Assembly: GCA_046563655.1 (NCBI GenBank)
Contig: CM102288.1
Span: forward strand, 5,518,001-5,582,000
Length of the DNA stretch: 64,000 nt
Source of the DNA: Yuukianura sp. NJ FZ-2021
Lineage: Eukaryota
Reading direction: 5' to 3'
The position numbers and the translations under genes were made by a program. A model generated the notes under the pieces. That model saw nothing but the letters and a program-made list of their open reading frames with translations, ran no database searches and had not been told where the DNA came from. This document shows positions 23,501 to 35,516 of the stretch, one piece after another; the stretch's first letter is position 1; each line of letters starts with the position of its first letter.

Positions 23501-26500
23501 GAACAGCAACATTGCTTTCGTTCATTTCGATATTTTTTCTTCTGTTACAAGGTAGCGTCTCTTTCAGAATTGGAAGTGGACGTGAATATAGAAGACTCAG
23601 TTGCTGCAGAATTCGGACTAACAGGAGCAGACTTAGACAGAGGATGTTTCGATCTCAGTGGATGGATCTCAAGCCCCAATGCAGGGCGTAGTTCAGCCGA
23701 TCGTCAATTCTACTTCATCAATTCACGACCTTGGGACTCGCCAAAGGTAAGTCATAAAAACTACAAAAAAAAAGCTAGGAATGTAGTCAAAAGCTAGTTA
23801 GTAAGAAATAGAAAAGTTAGTAAACAGTGTTAGAAGTTAAATATTTCACTTTTCAGTGAAAAGTGAACAAAAACTGAAATTAACTGAAAAAACCCTAAAC
23901 GAAGTAAAACTCCAAGTGAAAGAAACTAAACTAAAGAAAACAGCTGTAGTTTATTTAAGTTTTTTTTTCAATTTTTCAGTTTTTTTCATTTATTTCAGTT
24001 TCTTTCACTGAAACGAAATTTTGCTTTGAGTGAAAGATTGCCTTAAAAATAGGGGGTATTCAATGCTCAATTATTTACAATTATTTTGGTCAAAATTATT
24101 TTTTGAACACCCTCCAAAATTAAATTTTCAATTATAATTAAAAATAATTGACTCTCGTCTCGAGTCAATTATTTCACCCCAAAACCATACGTGGGTATGT
24201 TGTCGGTATGTTGTTGGTATGTTGTGGGTATGTTGTTGGTATGTTGTTGGTATGTTGTGGGTATGTTGTTGGTATGTTGTTGGTATGTTGTGGGTATGTT
24301 GTTGGTATGTTGTTGATATGTTGTGGGTATGTTGTGGGTACGAGCGTGAATTTAGAACGTGGTATAGGTTGGGGTGACTATTTTTCAGAATCCTAGGTTA
24401 GGTTTGGTAAGCATCACAATTCTGAGGATTAGACACATTTTCCCATACCGCGGTTATACCGTGTTCTGAATTCACGGACATGTTGCGGGTATGTTGTTGG
24501 TATGTTGTGGGTATGTTGTTGGTATGTTGTTGGTATGTTGTGGGTATGTTGTTGGTATGTTGTGGGTATGTTGTTGGTATGTTGTGGGTATGTTGTTGGT
24601 ATGTTGTTGGTATGTTGTGGGTATGTTGTTGGTATGTTGTTGGTATGTTGTTGGTATGTTGTTGATATGTTGTGGGTATGTTGTGGGTACGAGCGTGAAT
24701 TTAGAACGTGGTATAGGTTGGGGTGACTATTTCTCGGAATCCTAGGTTAGGTTTGGTAAGCATCACAATTCTGAGGATTAGACACATTTTCCCATACCGC
24801 GGTTATACCGTGTTCTGAATTCACGGACATGTTGTGGGTATGTTGCGGGTATGTTGCGGGTGTGTTGTTGGTATGTTGTTGGTATGTCGTGGGTATGTTG
24901 TTGGTATGTTGTGGGTATGTTGTGGGTATTTCAGTTTCAGTTAATTTCAATTTTTTTCATTTCTTTAAGGCGAAACGAAATTTTGCTTTCCCAACCTAAA
25001 TTTATGGACTGAAAGAAAACAGCTGTAGTTTCTTTCAGTTTCTTTCAATTTTCAGTTTATTTCAGTTTCTTTCACTGAAACGAAAAAAGACACCTGACCC
25101 TTAAATATATACAACACTGTTAGTAAAAGTAAATTTTTTGCACTTTGTTTATGGTTTTGTAGGTTGCGCGATTAGTGAACGAAGTCTACAGTGGGTTCAG
25201 TCGAAGCCAATTTCCGTTTGTGGTGTTGAACATAACAGCAAACCAGGAGAACGTAGATGTCAACGTTACGCCAGATAAAAGATCAATTTTTGTACAAAAT
25301 GAAAAACTCCTCTACGCCAAAATTAAGGTGAGTTCGATTTACTCCAAATTCTTCCCATCAAGTATTACAAACTTCACTCGATTTTTTTTAATTTGAATTT
25401 TGGAATCAATCAATGTAGTTCTAAATTCAATTGCAGGCAACAATTTTGAAAACGCTGACTAAAACAAGCTCACAGTTTTGTTCGAGTGAACAATCATCTC
25501 TGGCGTTTCCGATTCTTCAGACACAGCCCAAACGCTCGTGTTCGAAAAATTCTGATACTCCTGTGCAGTCACAAGAAGTTGAAGTCGTAGCAGTGGAAAA
25601 TAATTCCCAAGAGTACAATTTCTATGAAAGCGACACCAACAGTACTTCATCAACACAGTCACCGAAAAGTACCTGTAGGTTTGATCCTCAACGGTCTTCA
25701 ATTCCTGCAAACTCAAAATCACCGAAGGAATCAACCACCGTTCGGTCCTTCCTGAGTAAATTCAAGTACGGAACTTCCTCAACTCCAAACGATTCCAAAT
25801 CCAACATGGCACTCAAACGGCCCTACACATCAACTAACAACAGTTCAACTAAGACTTTCAAAAAATCAGCGATCAAGCGTAAGTTGCTTTTGGATTTCAT
25901 AGTTTACCTGGTTTATTTTGTGACTTCTGACTTCTTTGATTGGAATCATTCAAGTTGAATTCTATGGATTTTATTAAGGTGATTTTTTTTTACTTTTAGA
26001 ACCAAAACTTATGGATTTTATACATTCGAAACAGAGGCAAAATCAGTTTTCCAATGAAGCACAGACTGATGACGAAGACGAAGTTGAAATTCTAGAAAAT
26101 AATGCTGACGACGATCTGGAAAAAGTTGAATCAAATGAGAATTGTGACTTGGCGGATACCGAAGGCCCGATGCAAAATGGAAGTGAAGAAGATCTGGACG
26201 AAGGTTACCCGGAAGAGTCAATTGGCGATGATGAGAAAGAGAACAATTCAGGTACTGCTGCGGACGATTCCGAAGGGATGCTGGAGGAGTACAGTGAAGA
26301 CTACTGCGATGTGCACGATCTTGTGGAAGCTGAATCAGAGCCATTGCTGTTCATGAATATCTTCGTGAATTGGAACTCCGTCCTTTCGAATGTCTCCAAA
26401 GTCAAAACTGTGATAGACAGCTACAGCGTTCAAGAAGAAGAAAGAAACGCAAGGAAATTCCGGGCCAAGATTTCACCAGATCAGAACTCAACTGCTGAGC

Positions 26501-27772
26501 AGGAACTCAAGCAGTCTCTGTCCAAGGAAATGTTCAAACAGGTACAAGTTTTACTTTTACACGTTTTTAACATGTGTTAAAAACTTGTAAAAGTTTGCGT
26601 AAAGTTATGTAACTTTACGCAAACTTGGCACAATATTCACGAATGCACGATTTCTCGAGATTCACGTTTTTGCAATTTCTAATTATTTGCATTGTTGTTT
26701 TTTTTAGATGAAGTTGATTGGACAATTCAACCTGGGTTTTATTGTTGCCAAACTGAATTCAGATCTGTTCATCTTCGACCAGCACGCAGCAGACGAAAAG
26801 TTCAATTACGAAGATCTCGAAAAACGAACTGTTCTCAATGGACAAAGACTTATCATGTAAGAAATATCATTTGATCGTGTGATAAATAACTTTTGCATAT
26901 TATGGAATTCAATCTCGCAAAAAAATATTTCGTCAACATTAGGTTCAAAAATATATCTCGGTTGCAATGCGATAGTACTAGTTAGCATGTTGTGGTTTGA
27001 ATTGAGATTTTTTGGTACACGTACAACTTGTTTATGTTATTTATTTTTTTAGTTCAATACTATCTTTTTTGTTTCAGTCCAATGCCACTTCATCTGACAT
27101 CAGTCGGCGAAAACATTCTGATGGAGAATTTGGCTGTTTTTGAAAAGAACGGCTTTAGTTTCAACATTAAACCAAATGGTATGCGAATTATATTGAGTTT
27201 TTGTTTTCTAAGAACCGATTTCTGAAAAACTTCAAGAGAAATAATTTTTGTATTGCCTTCGTTTGTTTTTAGGTGAACCAACACAGCGCATTAGCCTGAC
27301 TAAGATCCCGTACTCAAAATCATGCCAATTTGGAAAAGAAGATGTAGAGGAGCTCATCTTCTTGTTACAGGTCGGGATTCAAAGAAAAATTCGAAGACAA
27401 AAACTGAATAATGCACATATTTCTTATCAATCCGATTTTTTTTTTGTTTTTTCAGGATGCTCCTGAGAAGAGTTTCTACCGCCCAGTCAAGGTGAAGACT
27501 ATGCTTGCTTCTAGAGCTTGCCGAAAATCAGTGATGGTTGGAGACCGACTGAATCTTAATGATATGCGACGTGTTGTCGGACAACTAGGGACCATCGAGC
27601 ATCCTTGGGTGAGTAGACTATTTTTATTAAAAATTCTGTTATACAAGTCTTGTTTATTTGAACATTCCGAACTTTATTTCTCTTACAGAATTGCCCGCAC
27701 GGTCGACCTACACTTCGTCATCTGTTTAATTTGAATCTTCTGCCGGATCCCGACTGGTTTGGACCCACCTAG
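17510..27772 (+). CDS. PMS2: DNA mismatch repair endonuclease PMS2 (MutL homolog); ~13 exons
   Basis: [41 protein letters not shown] ATPase motif [36 protein letters not shown]; endonuclease motif [37 protein letters not shown]. Intron 3 is GC-AG (18402-18496). Confidence 0.96.
18698..18914 (-). repeat. 3' LTR (217 bp)
   Basis: Appears identical by eye to 23247-23463; contains minus-strand TATAAAA and AATAAA. Confidence 0.95.
18915..18928 (-). promoter_or_regulatory. Polypurine tract of the retrotransposon
   Basis: Minus-strand AAAGAGGAAGGTAG immediately before the 3' LTR. Confidence 0.8.
19034..23029 (-). CDS. Gag-Pol polyprotein (~1331 aa from the first ATG)
   Basis: Two Cys/His knuckles ([29 protein letters not shown]); protease FDSG; RT motifs LD, LPQG, FIDD; RNase H CDAS, EKEAL, TDH; integrase HHCC and D-D-E (VDL, SDNG, EAE); GPVTF. 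Confidence 0.95.
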   Translation of the reverse strand: MSTIGTLPAFDQGKDDFEDWVNVYKSFLLANGLDYNSATDQKRCIGIFLSSIGIGTYNLLTNLLSPTPPLEKKVEDVVATLKAHFKPTPKAIAERFKFSTRKQQTGESATTFLAELRKQAVHCKFETTLSERLRDQFIFGLSSETAQRRIFTRDDTLTLEDALKIAVSQEVAEAGTSTIRENNSTSGVNYASASRPFQRPTPQYGRNNGSASKFAPNPKGGRSQGRSQGRSQPVRNQSKSSCPNCGSTQHKNPKDCPHKDASCFACGKKGHFRKFCRSSRKSTHYVEVDDDSTVSNVNSIYQGAGNLSEFNIRVQINGFPHKMEFDSGCKESLLSADFWRNTLGAPQLRRSNAVFRTFTAQQFRPLGKLEVTLVYKGQSKKHSFSVVKGSHSLFGRDLIRLFGLELTLAEPSQCNYVPAKQKLTLESLLEEYKDVFSPSCGQIKAFKAKVILKDDAVPKFLKARPIPFALRSKVDAELDLMEKSGVIHRIEHSDWASPLVVVPKPNGRVRITGDFKHTVNSQLHITQYPLQRVDELLSTVSGGNTFSRLDGPDAFHQIELDEASKSFMVINTHRGLYRYKVLPQGIASSPAIFQEFMDKLLKDIPMAGSFIDDSICTGFTDAEHLATLQKIFQRMREFNYRLSKSKCQFFQKSLDYIGFVITKDGLKTSPNKVKAVQAIQRPTTVTEVKSFLGLVNFYGKFIPTLADKCAVLYELTKKDVPFTWTKQCQMGFDQIKQALASAPVLCHHSAELPIGISCDASPKGLGVILFHRFSDNSERPVAFASKVLSSAEQRYSQIEKEALAIVFGVKKFFQFLCGRDFIVVTDHQPLLSILGPSSQVSSYTATRLQKWNLFLSQFNYSIQYRRTLDHGNADALSRHPVHTDGANTEVTSEVELEVNLVASSTLDILPVTARAIKTVTSRDKLLSSVYHHVSSGWPSSMLKVDPLYQYFLRREELTIVQDIILWGIRVIIPTSLQKKILDELHESHSGIVRMKSLARQYVWWPGIDVQIEEMCKRCERCVQNRANPPSSPLHPWEFPERPWQRVHVDLAGPFLNKMWLIITDAHSKWPEVYNMNNNTKSLAVISKIRESICRFGIMQQIVSDNGPQFTSQEFKSFCESNGIRHTTSSVYHPRSNGEAERFIQTFKKALKAAGEDKDLALQRFLFTYRVTPHSTTGQSPAELLQGKKLRTLLDLVRPDVREKVGYSQFKQKTNYDKKTKVREFQVGQRIWVKTFSKNAPKWSSGIILRQTGPVTFQIDVDGEQMKRHADQILDAPKPKSEVFDDDDQDGNSDQLELTEVAADAPVTAEAPAPAEPRYPQRARPPPGTYKV
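23233..23242 (-). promoter_or_regulatory. Primer binding site TGGCGACGAG (complementary to a tRNA 3' end, probably tRNA-Ser GCU)
   Basis: Lies 4 nt inside the 5' LTR and begins with TGG, the complement of CCA. tRNA identity is from recall. Confidence 0.75.
23247..23463 (-). repeat. 5' LTR (217 bp)
   Basis: Direct repeat of 18698-18914. Confidence 0.95.
23825..25119. mobile_element. Non-autonomous hAT-like DNA transposon in PMS2 intron 5
   Basis: Termini CAGTGTT...AACACTG; 8-bp TSD TTAGTAAA (23817-23824, 25120-25127); repeated tttcagtt/aactgaaa subterminal motifs; no transposase ORF. Confidence 0.75.
24190..24928. repeat. 11-bp minisatellite (GGTATGTTGT[T/G])n interrupted by two copies of a ~135-bp unit
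   Basis: Three array blocks separated by near-identical spacers at ~24345-24477 and ~24694-24826 (349-bp period). Confidence 0.9.
26591..26626. repeat. Perfect 17-bp inverted repeat (intronic hairpin)
   Basis: aagtttgcgtaaagtta-tg-taactttacgcaaactt. Confidence 0.85.
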
Positions 27773-28079
27773 ATACGGTTTATAAATTAAGTGCTTTTGT
27801 ATTTTTTTTATGCTTACGCTTATAACTTTATATTTGAATGAGTCTCCAGCGGTACAAACAATCCCTCAATGCTCTTTGGGTACTGAAAGCGTTTTGAAGT
27901 TGATCAATCCTAAACCCGCCAAACAACGGGATTCAAAAACTTAATTTTTACTTTACAAATGAGACCGCGTTGTTTTGTATGTATTTAAAAATACGTATTT
28001 ATTTCTGTTAGTAAAACTGAGACACGACACGAACTGTTGAAATAATGTGTCTTCGGAGAGAATTAGATAGATCTGGAGG

Positions 28080-30113
28080 TCACAAATTCGCAGGTCGAAA
28101 GACGTTGAACCCATCGGCAGCCGTACTGAGTAATAAGCCAGGAATTTGGGAATGCCAGTGCACCTCCTGCAAGAAACAAAGAAAAAGTATTAGGAGGTGA
28201 AGCAATTCCACTCGTGCTGCTATTTGATACTTCTAAATTATAAGTGTTCCATTTCAGTGACTCCAAAATAATATTCATGTAGTCCAGAACTAGATATTAG
28301 TTTACTCACCTTGATGTCCTGCTGCCCCTGATGTACAAAAAGTAACTGCGGTGGCACGTCCTGTAAAAATGAAAACACAGGACTTGGACAATTCATCTTT
28401 TCGCATTTGAAATTAGAAGAAAAACAGGTGAGGTTTTTAGCTAGCGTCTTACAACGTCTTCTTCAGTTGTCGTCTCTTCCGTGTCCTTTTCAACTGACAA
28501 ATCCCAAACAGCAATCTGGTCATCCTCTCCTGCCGTAGCCAACACTGTAGACTCGTGTGGGCTCCATTCCACGGAACAAATAGGTGCCTTGTGATGATGT
28601 CGAAACTCAGCCACGGCGTCTCCCTTGTCGAAAGTCCGCAAATCCCAGATTTTCAGGGCACAGTCGTCACCACCGGAGGCAATGAAAGTGTCCCTGCGAT
28701 TCCAGTGGATCACATTGATGTCCTTGTCATGCGCATCCGCCTTCGTCACAAGACTCCCTTTGTTTGGCTTCGCTCTCGCATCCCAAATTCGAATTCTAAA
28801 AATCACGGTATAACAATTTGATTGAAGTTTTTTTTTGTTCTGAAGAAAAAGAAGTAAACAACGGGAGTCGTCTTACGTTCTATCAACGGAGCAGGAGGCG
28901 AAGACGTTCGGCTCTGTGGGTGACCACTGAATGTCCTCCACAGAAGCGGAGTGTCCATCAAACGGTCGCTGGTCAATTGTCCATGTGGACTCATGTGGTC
29001 GCCAGACATGGATGAATCGTTTTGTGTCGCCTGTAGCCAGGACACCAGGTTCCATGTGTGACCAGTCCATAGCAAAACCTTCATCACGATGCCCCTTGAA
29101 CTCAAAAACTGGACGAGGCTTGTTCTTCAGCTTGATGTACTCTTGCAGTTTCTGAGCAAATGAGTAAACCAACGTCAAAAATCAAAGTGTAGGTGCCAAA
29201 AATCAAAAGAACAATTTACCTACCCGAGTGTCATCGAGAGCAGTTAGAGGAATGGTGAGATCCCACAGACAAACTTTCCCAAGCTCTGACCAACTGGCAG
29301 CGAACGGTTTATCTCCCAAAAATTTAAACTGAAATTGAAAATTATAACGTTGAATTGTAAAAATGAAGGTTAGAAAGTCATTTCATTATTACCCGAACTC
29401 GATTGATCACTCCGTGATGTGGGATAAGGGCTACGGTTAGTTCAGGTTTCTTGGTGAGTTGCTCGTCTTCTGCCCCACCTTCGTCTTCTGATTCATCACT
29501 GCTCAGCTCATCATCACTTGACTTCGGCCTAGTTTTATAAACGTCACTCATCTAGGAATAAACGACAAAATAAAAATCATGTCAACTTAATTTGGAACAA
29601 GGGTACAATTCTTCTAGAAGGCTCACTTTCATTATCATCAGGTTGTTGGCATGTGACCTCTGAGCTTGTGTTCCACTGATGGCATAAGCGGTAATAGGAA
29701 ATGAAGTGCGATTGTCACCCAGATTGTCCGGAATAATATCGAAGCTGAGGCAGGGCGCAGACGTAGTGAAAGTATGGAGTGTCAAGTACTCAGACTCCTC
29801 GCAAACCTGTTCAAATCACAAACCAAATTTAAATGGATGGAGATCAAAATAAAAAGCAAGGTAAGGCAAGAAAGAGACTCGCCAGCTTCTCTCCATCTTT
29901 GATTTCCATGCCTGGCAAATATGTTTTCCGTGTTTTCGATTTTTTAGATTTTTTTCCAGCATCAGATGCAGTTGTTCCCGTTGTCACCGATCCCGAGGGT
30001 TGTTCTGAGTCTTCTTCAATATCTTCGTACTGATCGTCGTCGTCCATCTCCGCATCAACAGCGTCCTCTTCCATAACTTCATCCTTGACTTGAATGAGGT
30101 TGTCTTCGTCCAT
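28080..30113 (-). CDS. GRWD1: Glutamate-rich WD repeat protein 1 (Rrb1 homolog); 8 coding exons
   Basis: Acidic N-terminus; [78 protein letters not shown]. The first coding intron is GC-AG (29807-29882). Confidence 0.95.
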
Positions 30114-30944
30114 TTCTTCTAATCAATCTTGAATCCTAAAAACGTAAAAAAAAACGAACCGGCTTTATGCTATTACAAATATAATAATAAAATAAAATAA
30201 GGAGCTTACTTTAACCAAATTATCAAATACCGCAATTACACGTGCTCTGCTAATAATCTTGATTCATTCTTGATTGATTTCCAGCGTGAATTTAGAATTT
30301 AAGCCGCCGCCGTGTAAACAGAGGCCGACTATTCCTCGGAAAAGTGAGCACATGTCCGATTCTCAATTTTGCCAGAAATTCTGAATTATTGGGTTGAAGT
30401 GACACAGAAGTATACATGTTGTAGTCACAAAGCGTAGCAATTTTGTATTCACGCAAAAACATACAGAAGATGGTTGCAGTAACAAAATCACCTAGCTCTA
30501 AAGCCTATTTAATTGTTACTACTAAAACACTACTAATTAAGATACTACTAATTACTACTAATTAAGATAACACGACATAATGTAACCACTAAGTGGTTAC
30601 AAATGTGACAGCGACACGGCAGACCAAATTGTGGTTATGACGAGTATACAAAACGTTTCTGTTTTGTGCACTAAATGCAGTTTCTGTGTTACGTCAACCA
30701 AGTTTTCAACTTATCTCACGTGAGTAATTTAATTTTGAACATCGAAGCGGCAACAAAATATACACAATCATCGAATCATCTGTCGCCTCCGTCGTGAGTG
30801 ATTCCGTGGATGTCACTGTCACTTGGTTGAGTATTTTTCCCGTAATAGCTTTCGTTAAAGTTTACAACAGTTTAAAAATTTGGGTTAGCTTTCCGTCTTT
30901 TTCTAATCTATCACAAGTAATCTGAAATTTTGGAAGAGGTACCC

Positions 30945-33900
30945 ATGGCTTCAGCAACGGCAGTTATTGTGCTTACACCTAACGGGAGACGAGTTACGGT
31001 GAAGGTCACACCGAACACAAATATTTTACATGTAAGTTTTACTTAATAACTGGATTTCAATGTATTTCTGAATTACATAAATTGAAAAATGAATATCTAA
31101 TTGAAAAGTATGACACTGGAGGAGGATACGGCATAACTTGCTGCATGCGCTACGCAGATGTGTTGTTAGCTGCAAACTTTGGCTATTTCGAATGCCACCA
31201 TTTGAATGTCGCTGCTTTAAATTAGTTTAAGTATTCTGATTCAAGTAAGAATTAATCAACTTCAACTGAACTTTTTGCTGTATGATTCAGGTCCTGGAGG
31301 AAGCCTGTCGGAAACATGGATTCGATGCGAAGGAATACGATTTAAAGTAAAGTTTCTTATTCCATGTATGATGGCTTGGATTTAGCTCGCTAACAAAAGT
31401 TTGAAAGTTTTGAAAGTATTGAAAGTTTTCCATGAGTCAAGTTCGGGTTACTACAATATCAGCAGTGAGCAGTGCAATGATTATTGATAAACACTTTTCT
31501 CTTTTCTCCTTTTTTGTAGGCATTACAACCGCATAATTGATACTGCAAATTCGTTTCGCTTTTCTGGACTCCCAAATAACGCTACTCTCGAAATGGTTCA
31601 GGCCTCACGTCAGCGCCAAGAAACTAGCATCAACCTCGGTCTCCAGCTTGAGTCAGGAAAACGTCTAATGCATTCCTTTTACCCAAAAAGTGAGTTGGTC
31701 TGTTTGTCGCTAAATTCCTCAATTCAAGTTTCCAAGATTTCAATTAACTTTGGATTTTGATTTTTGCTGTGCTGTAATTTCGTCGTTTGTGGTCTTCAGA
31801 TACCTTATGGGAAGTAATCCAACACTGGGAGGCGGCGGGAGAAAACGTTCATTCCTCAAGTGATCCCAACGCTGAGCCGGTTTGTGTTTACATGCGTCAG
31901 GAAATCGTTGGCAAAACTCAGTTGGAGTCCCGTACGTTACGATCTCTTGGCCTCACGACTGGCAGCGCCTGTATTCGGTAAGCTAATTAATTACAATCCC
32001 GATCATCTCTTCTTCTTCAATTAATGTCGCTTTGGTTACAAAATTCTGCTGTCTTTATTGCTAAAGAGCCTGACACTTAAGCTTAAAAGTTACAACAAAT
32101 GGAACACTGAATGAGTTTAGCCTCACAAGAAAGTACACGTACACGATACTAAACATAATTGATGTCCTAGTCCAAACAAAACAAAAATGCCTTCAACTTA
32201 AAGTTACACAAAAGACGAAAGTTGATTGAAGAAAGTATTTAGAAAAGTTAGTTGAGGTGGGAGAGATTCGGTGACACTAAGTTCTTACATTAGGTTGTTG
32301 ATTACATGTAAATTAAAATTAAGTTACTACGGACTGAGCCTCCCTAACGTTTTTATAACGTCCTTGGAACGACACCGCCAGGATGTACATGTTTACGTGA
32401 TCTGAGATGACGTTCAAGCCGTGATTTATGTAGAAATCCAATGTTGCACTCCTCGCACTGATAGATTTCATTTCCCTTCATGTGGGTACGCTCATGGACG
32501 CGGCAGTTTGACGGGCTGTTAAATGCATTGGAACAAAATTGACATCGGAACGGCTTCTCCCCTGAAATCACAAAATAAGGTTGAAACGTTGGGTTTTAGT
32601 TAATTAACGTTAGATTTCGTGAAGTCACTTCACTGAAGTGGCGAGAGCAACTATAACAGAATTCAATTAACTTACCTGTGTGAGTTCGAATGTGAACGGT
32701 CAAGTGTGATGACTGAAAGAACCTTTTGGAGCAGTAGGAACATTCGTAGCTGCGCTCTCTTGTATGTGTGTTCATGTGGACTTTGAGTGTCGATGGATTC
32801 GGGAACTGGCGAGGACAGTAAGTACATTTGAGGTCCTTTGGATCCATGCCTGCCATCATCATCAAGTCGTCACTCTCATAAAAGTCTGGAATCTGCTTCT
32901 TCTGCTTCATGAAATCTTGTAGGGAGGATGACTTTCCATTAACAGCAATACTCACACTAACTGGTGCTTTTCGTCCACCACCACCTCCACCGTTGACCAA
33001 TACCGCCGGAGGGTGCACTCGTCCAGTGCCGTTCCGATTTCTGACTCTTGCTCCCCCTCCAGTGCTGTTCATGTGCCGTTGTAGTTTGTGTATGGTGAGA
33101 CTTTTTTGGGAACTAAAGACGCTGACACATTTGCCACATTTGAATAGCCTGATAGGCTGCTTTGGCTCTACCAATTCGCTTTCAGCAGAGTCGACCACGT
33201 CTATTGGTGTAGTGATTGACTTCAGTGGTGGGACTCCAAGTATCGTCCTAGGGCTGGCTCTTCTAGTATTAGCTATCGTTGACAGAGCAGTGAATCGTGA
33301 TGTGGGTGCTAGTGGTTGAGAATGTGATCCGGGTAGAAGGTCGGATACTGAAAATGTGTCTGGGTAGTTGTGTTCCTCTTCTTGGTTAATGGTAGGATGA
33401 TCCTGATCATCTTCGTCATCTTCATCTGAAGTGTCGTCTTCTTCTTCTTCTGAACTAGAGGATAACCAATCTTCCTCTTCTTGCATCTGGATGATCTCGT
33501 TTAGTCGACTAATTGGGTCACTGTCCATGTCATTTTCGATACACTCTTGCTTATGTTTCAAGTCCAGGAGGAACCGAGGTTTAAACTTTCTTATCCGTTC
33601 GAAGTCCTGTTCGGAAACGTCCATTTCGACCATCAATTGGGTTTGGAGTTCCTAAAGGATAATCGATTAATACTAATTAGTCAACTCAAATCCAACCAAG
33701 GTCATGTATATTACTAACAGTAAGGGTGGGTTTGCGGACGAGGTGACTAATTTTAATGCTCAAGTATTACATATGATATGACGAGACATGGAGACTGTTA
33801 GCTTATCGATTGATTATTGGCAAGGATTAATCGATAGATTTTGCTATTATTAAACTTACCACTGGCAGATTCTGATATAAAAAGTTAATTTGCTGATTAA

Positions 33901-35516
33901 CTAATGACGATTACTAGGTGAGTGTGGATGGTATGATGAATGGTGATCGACATGGGTGGGCGTGTGCTAACTGCGTCTGAATTTGAACTCAGCCACTCAC
34001 TCTTCTGAAACAATCGGTTAAAAAAAATCAATTTTTAAAGAAAATCAACACTTGAACGGAAAAGCGTTGGCGCCGAGTTGAATTTGAGCTTAGGTTGGGG
34101 ACCAACTGAGACACTCAGAACAATAAATTGTTTCTCTTTCTCTCTTTTTCAGACTCCTTCATCGTACGGCAGACCAATTGGGACAACAAGCCAATATCAG
34201 TGCTCCCCTCATCCGACCTTCTACGGTCAGAGTGGACGACGACGAAGAGCTACCGGTGAACTCTGAACGCTTAAATCATGGCCAGGGTCAAGGTCAGCAG
34301 CATCACAGATCAGATGCTGCTGAGATTCAGCAGTCGCAGCCAGTATCACGCATGCCAGAACAGAACAATACCGGTGGGAAGAAGAGGCATTTGTCACTGT
34401 CGCCAGTTCCAATGGATACAGATGATACTGGACCAACTGTAGTCGCTGTCGATCCTCCAACGTTTCCGCTTGACCTGTCAGCCAATGCTGCCGCTGCGGC
34501 ATCCACTGTCCACGCAGAAGCTCGACCTGTCAGAGTTGTTCCCAGAGTATCAGAGCCCGGCGCTCTTCATGTCGTGAGTGGCTAAACTGAAAAAAAAATT
34601 GTACTTACACCTTTCCCTTATTAGTAATTGATTCAATTGATTGATTAATGTATTTGAATTGGTTTACAGCTGGGAGATCATCATGCGCTGCTGTACCATG
34701 CTGACGACGTTGGACACCCTTCTGATGTTTCGCTTCCAGACTCTTTTTACGAGCTGACCAGAAGTGACGTGGAGTCCATTTATCGTGATTTACAAGCTCG
34801 CAGGTTACTTTTCACTTTCAAAATTCAAAATACTTTTGTTCATAATTTTATTTTTGATTTTGTAGGCGAGAATTAGAAGACGCTCCGCTATCTACAGCAA
34901 CGCTTCGAGATCAGCAACGAGATGAAGCGATTTTGCGGAATTTGCACCAGCATCCAAACACCATCATCAGAATTCGGTTCCGAAATCGGTTTGTTCTGCA
35001 AGGAATTTTCCGCGGTGTCGACACAGTGGCAGCCGTTATGAACATGGTCAAAACTTATCTGACAAATGAGCAGCTTGCTTTTCATCTTTGTAAGAATTGA
35101 AAGCTGGATACTATGACGAAGTTAATTAATTAGTAATTGAAATAATACTTGGCGGATATTTTTATTTTCCAGTCACTTCCCCGCCTAAAACTGTGTTGGA
35201 TCCGGATCAGCGATTGGTCGAGGCGGGATTGGTTGGATGTGCTGTGGCTTATTTTGGATGTGAAGAAGTTGCGGAAAACTACTTAAAAGCTGAAGTGTGT
35301 AGAAACCTTTCATGTCCGGATGCCATTGACAATTACGTTCGTGAGACTCTGTCCAAAGAGCGTCCTAGGATGGATCCAGTGTCATTTGCAGAAGGTCAAA
35401 GGTCAAATCCATCTGCAGGGACCACGGGGCCCTCCTCTTCTGCTGCCTCTTCTTCCAAACAAGTCAGATCAGGAACCACAAGCACACGAGTGCCCAAATG
35501 GTTCAATCCCAAGTAA
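30945..35516 (+). CDS. ASPSCR1: Tether containing UBX domain for GLUT4 (ASPSCR1/TUG/UBXD9); 8 exons
   Basis: N-terminal UBL AVIVLTPNGRRVTVKVTPNTNILHVLEEAC; FRFSGLPNNATLEMV; LPDSFYELT; UBX-like IRIRFRNRFVLQGIF; C-terminal VPKWF. Confidence 0.92.
32353..33633 (-). CDS. C2H2 zinc-finger protein (5 fingers, acidic N-terminal region), nested antisense in ASPSCR1 intron 4; N-terminus uncertain
   Basis: Fingers CGKC..HKLQRH, CTYC..HMNTH, CSYC..HIRTH-TGEKP, CQFC..HERTH, CEEC..HLRSRKH. A GT-AG intron at ~32562-32675 splits TGEKP; an upstream acceptor near 33652 suggests further 5' exons. Confidence 0.9.

Noticed and set aside
24148..24950. Cys/Val/Gly-rich ORFs ([11 protein letters not shown])n
   Set aside because: Translations of the 11-bp minisatellite.
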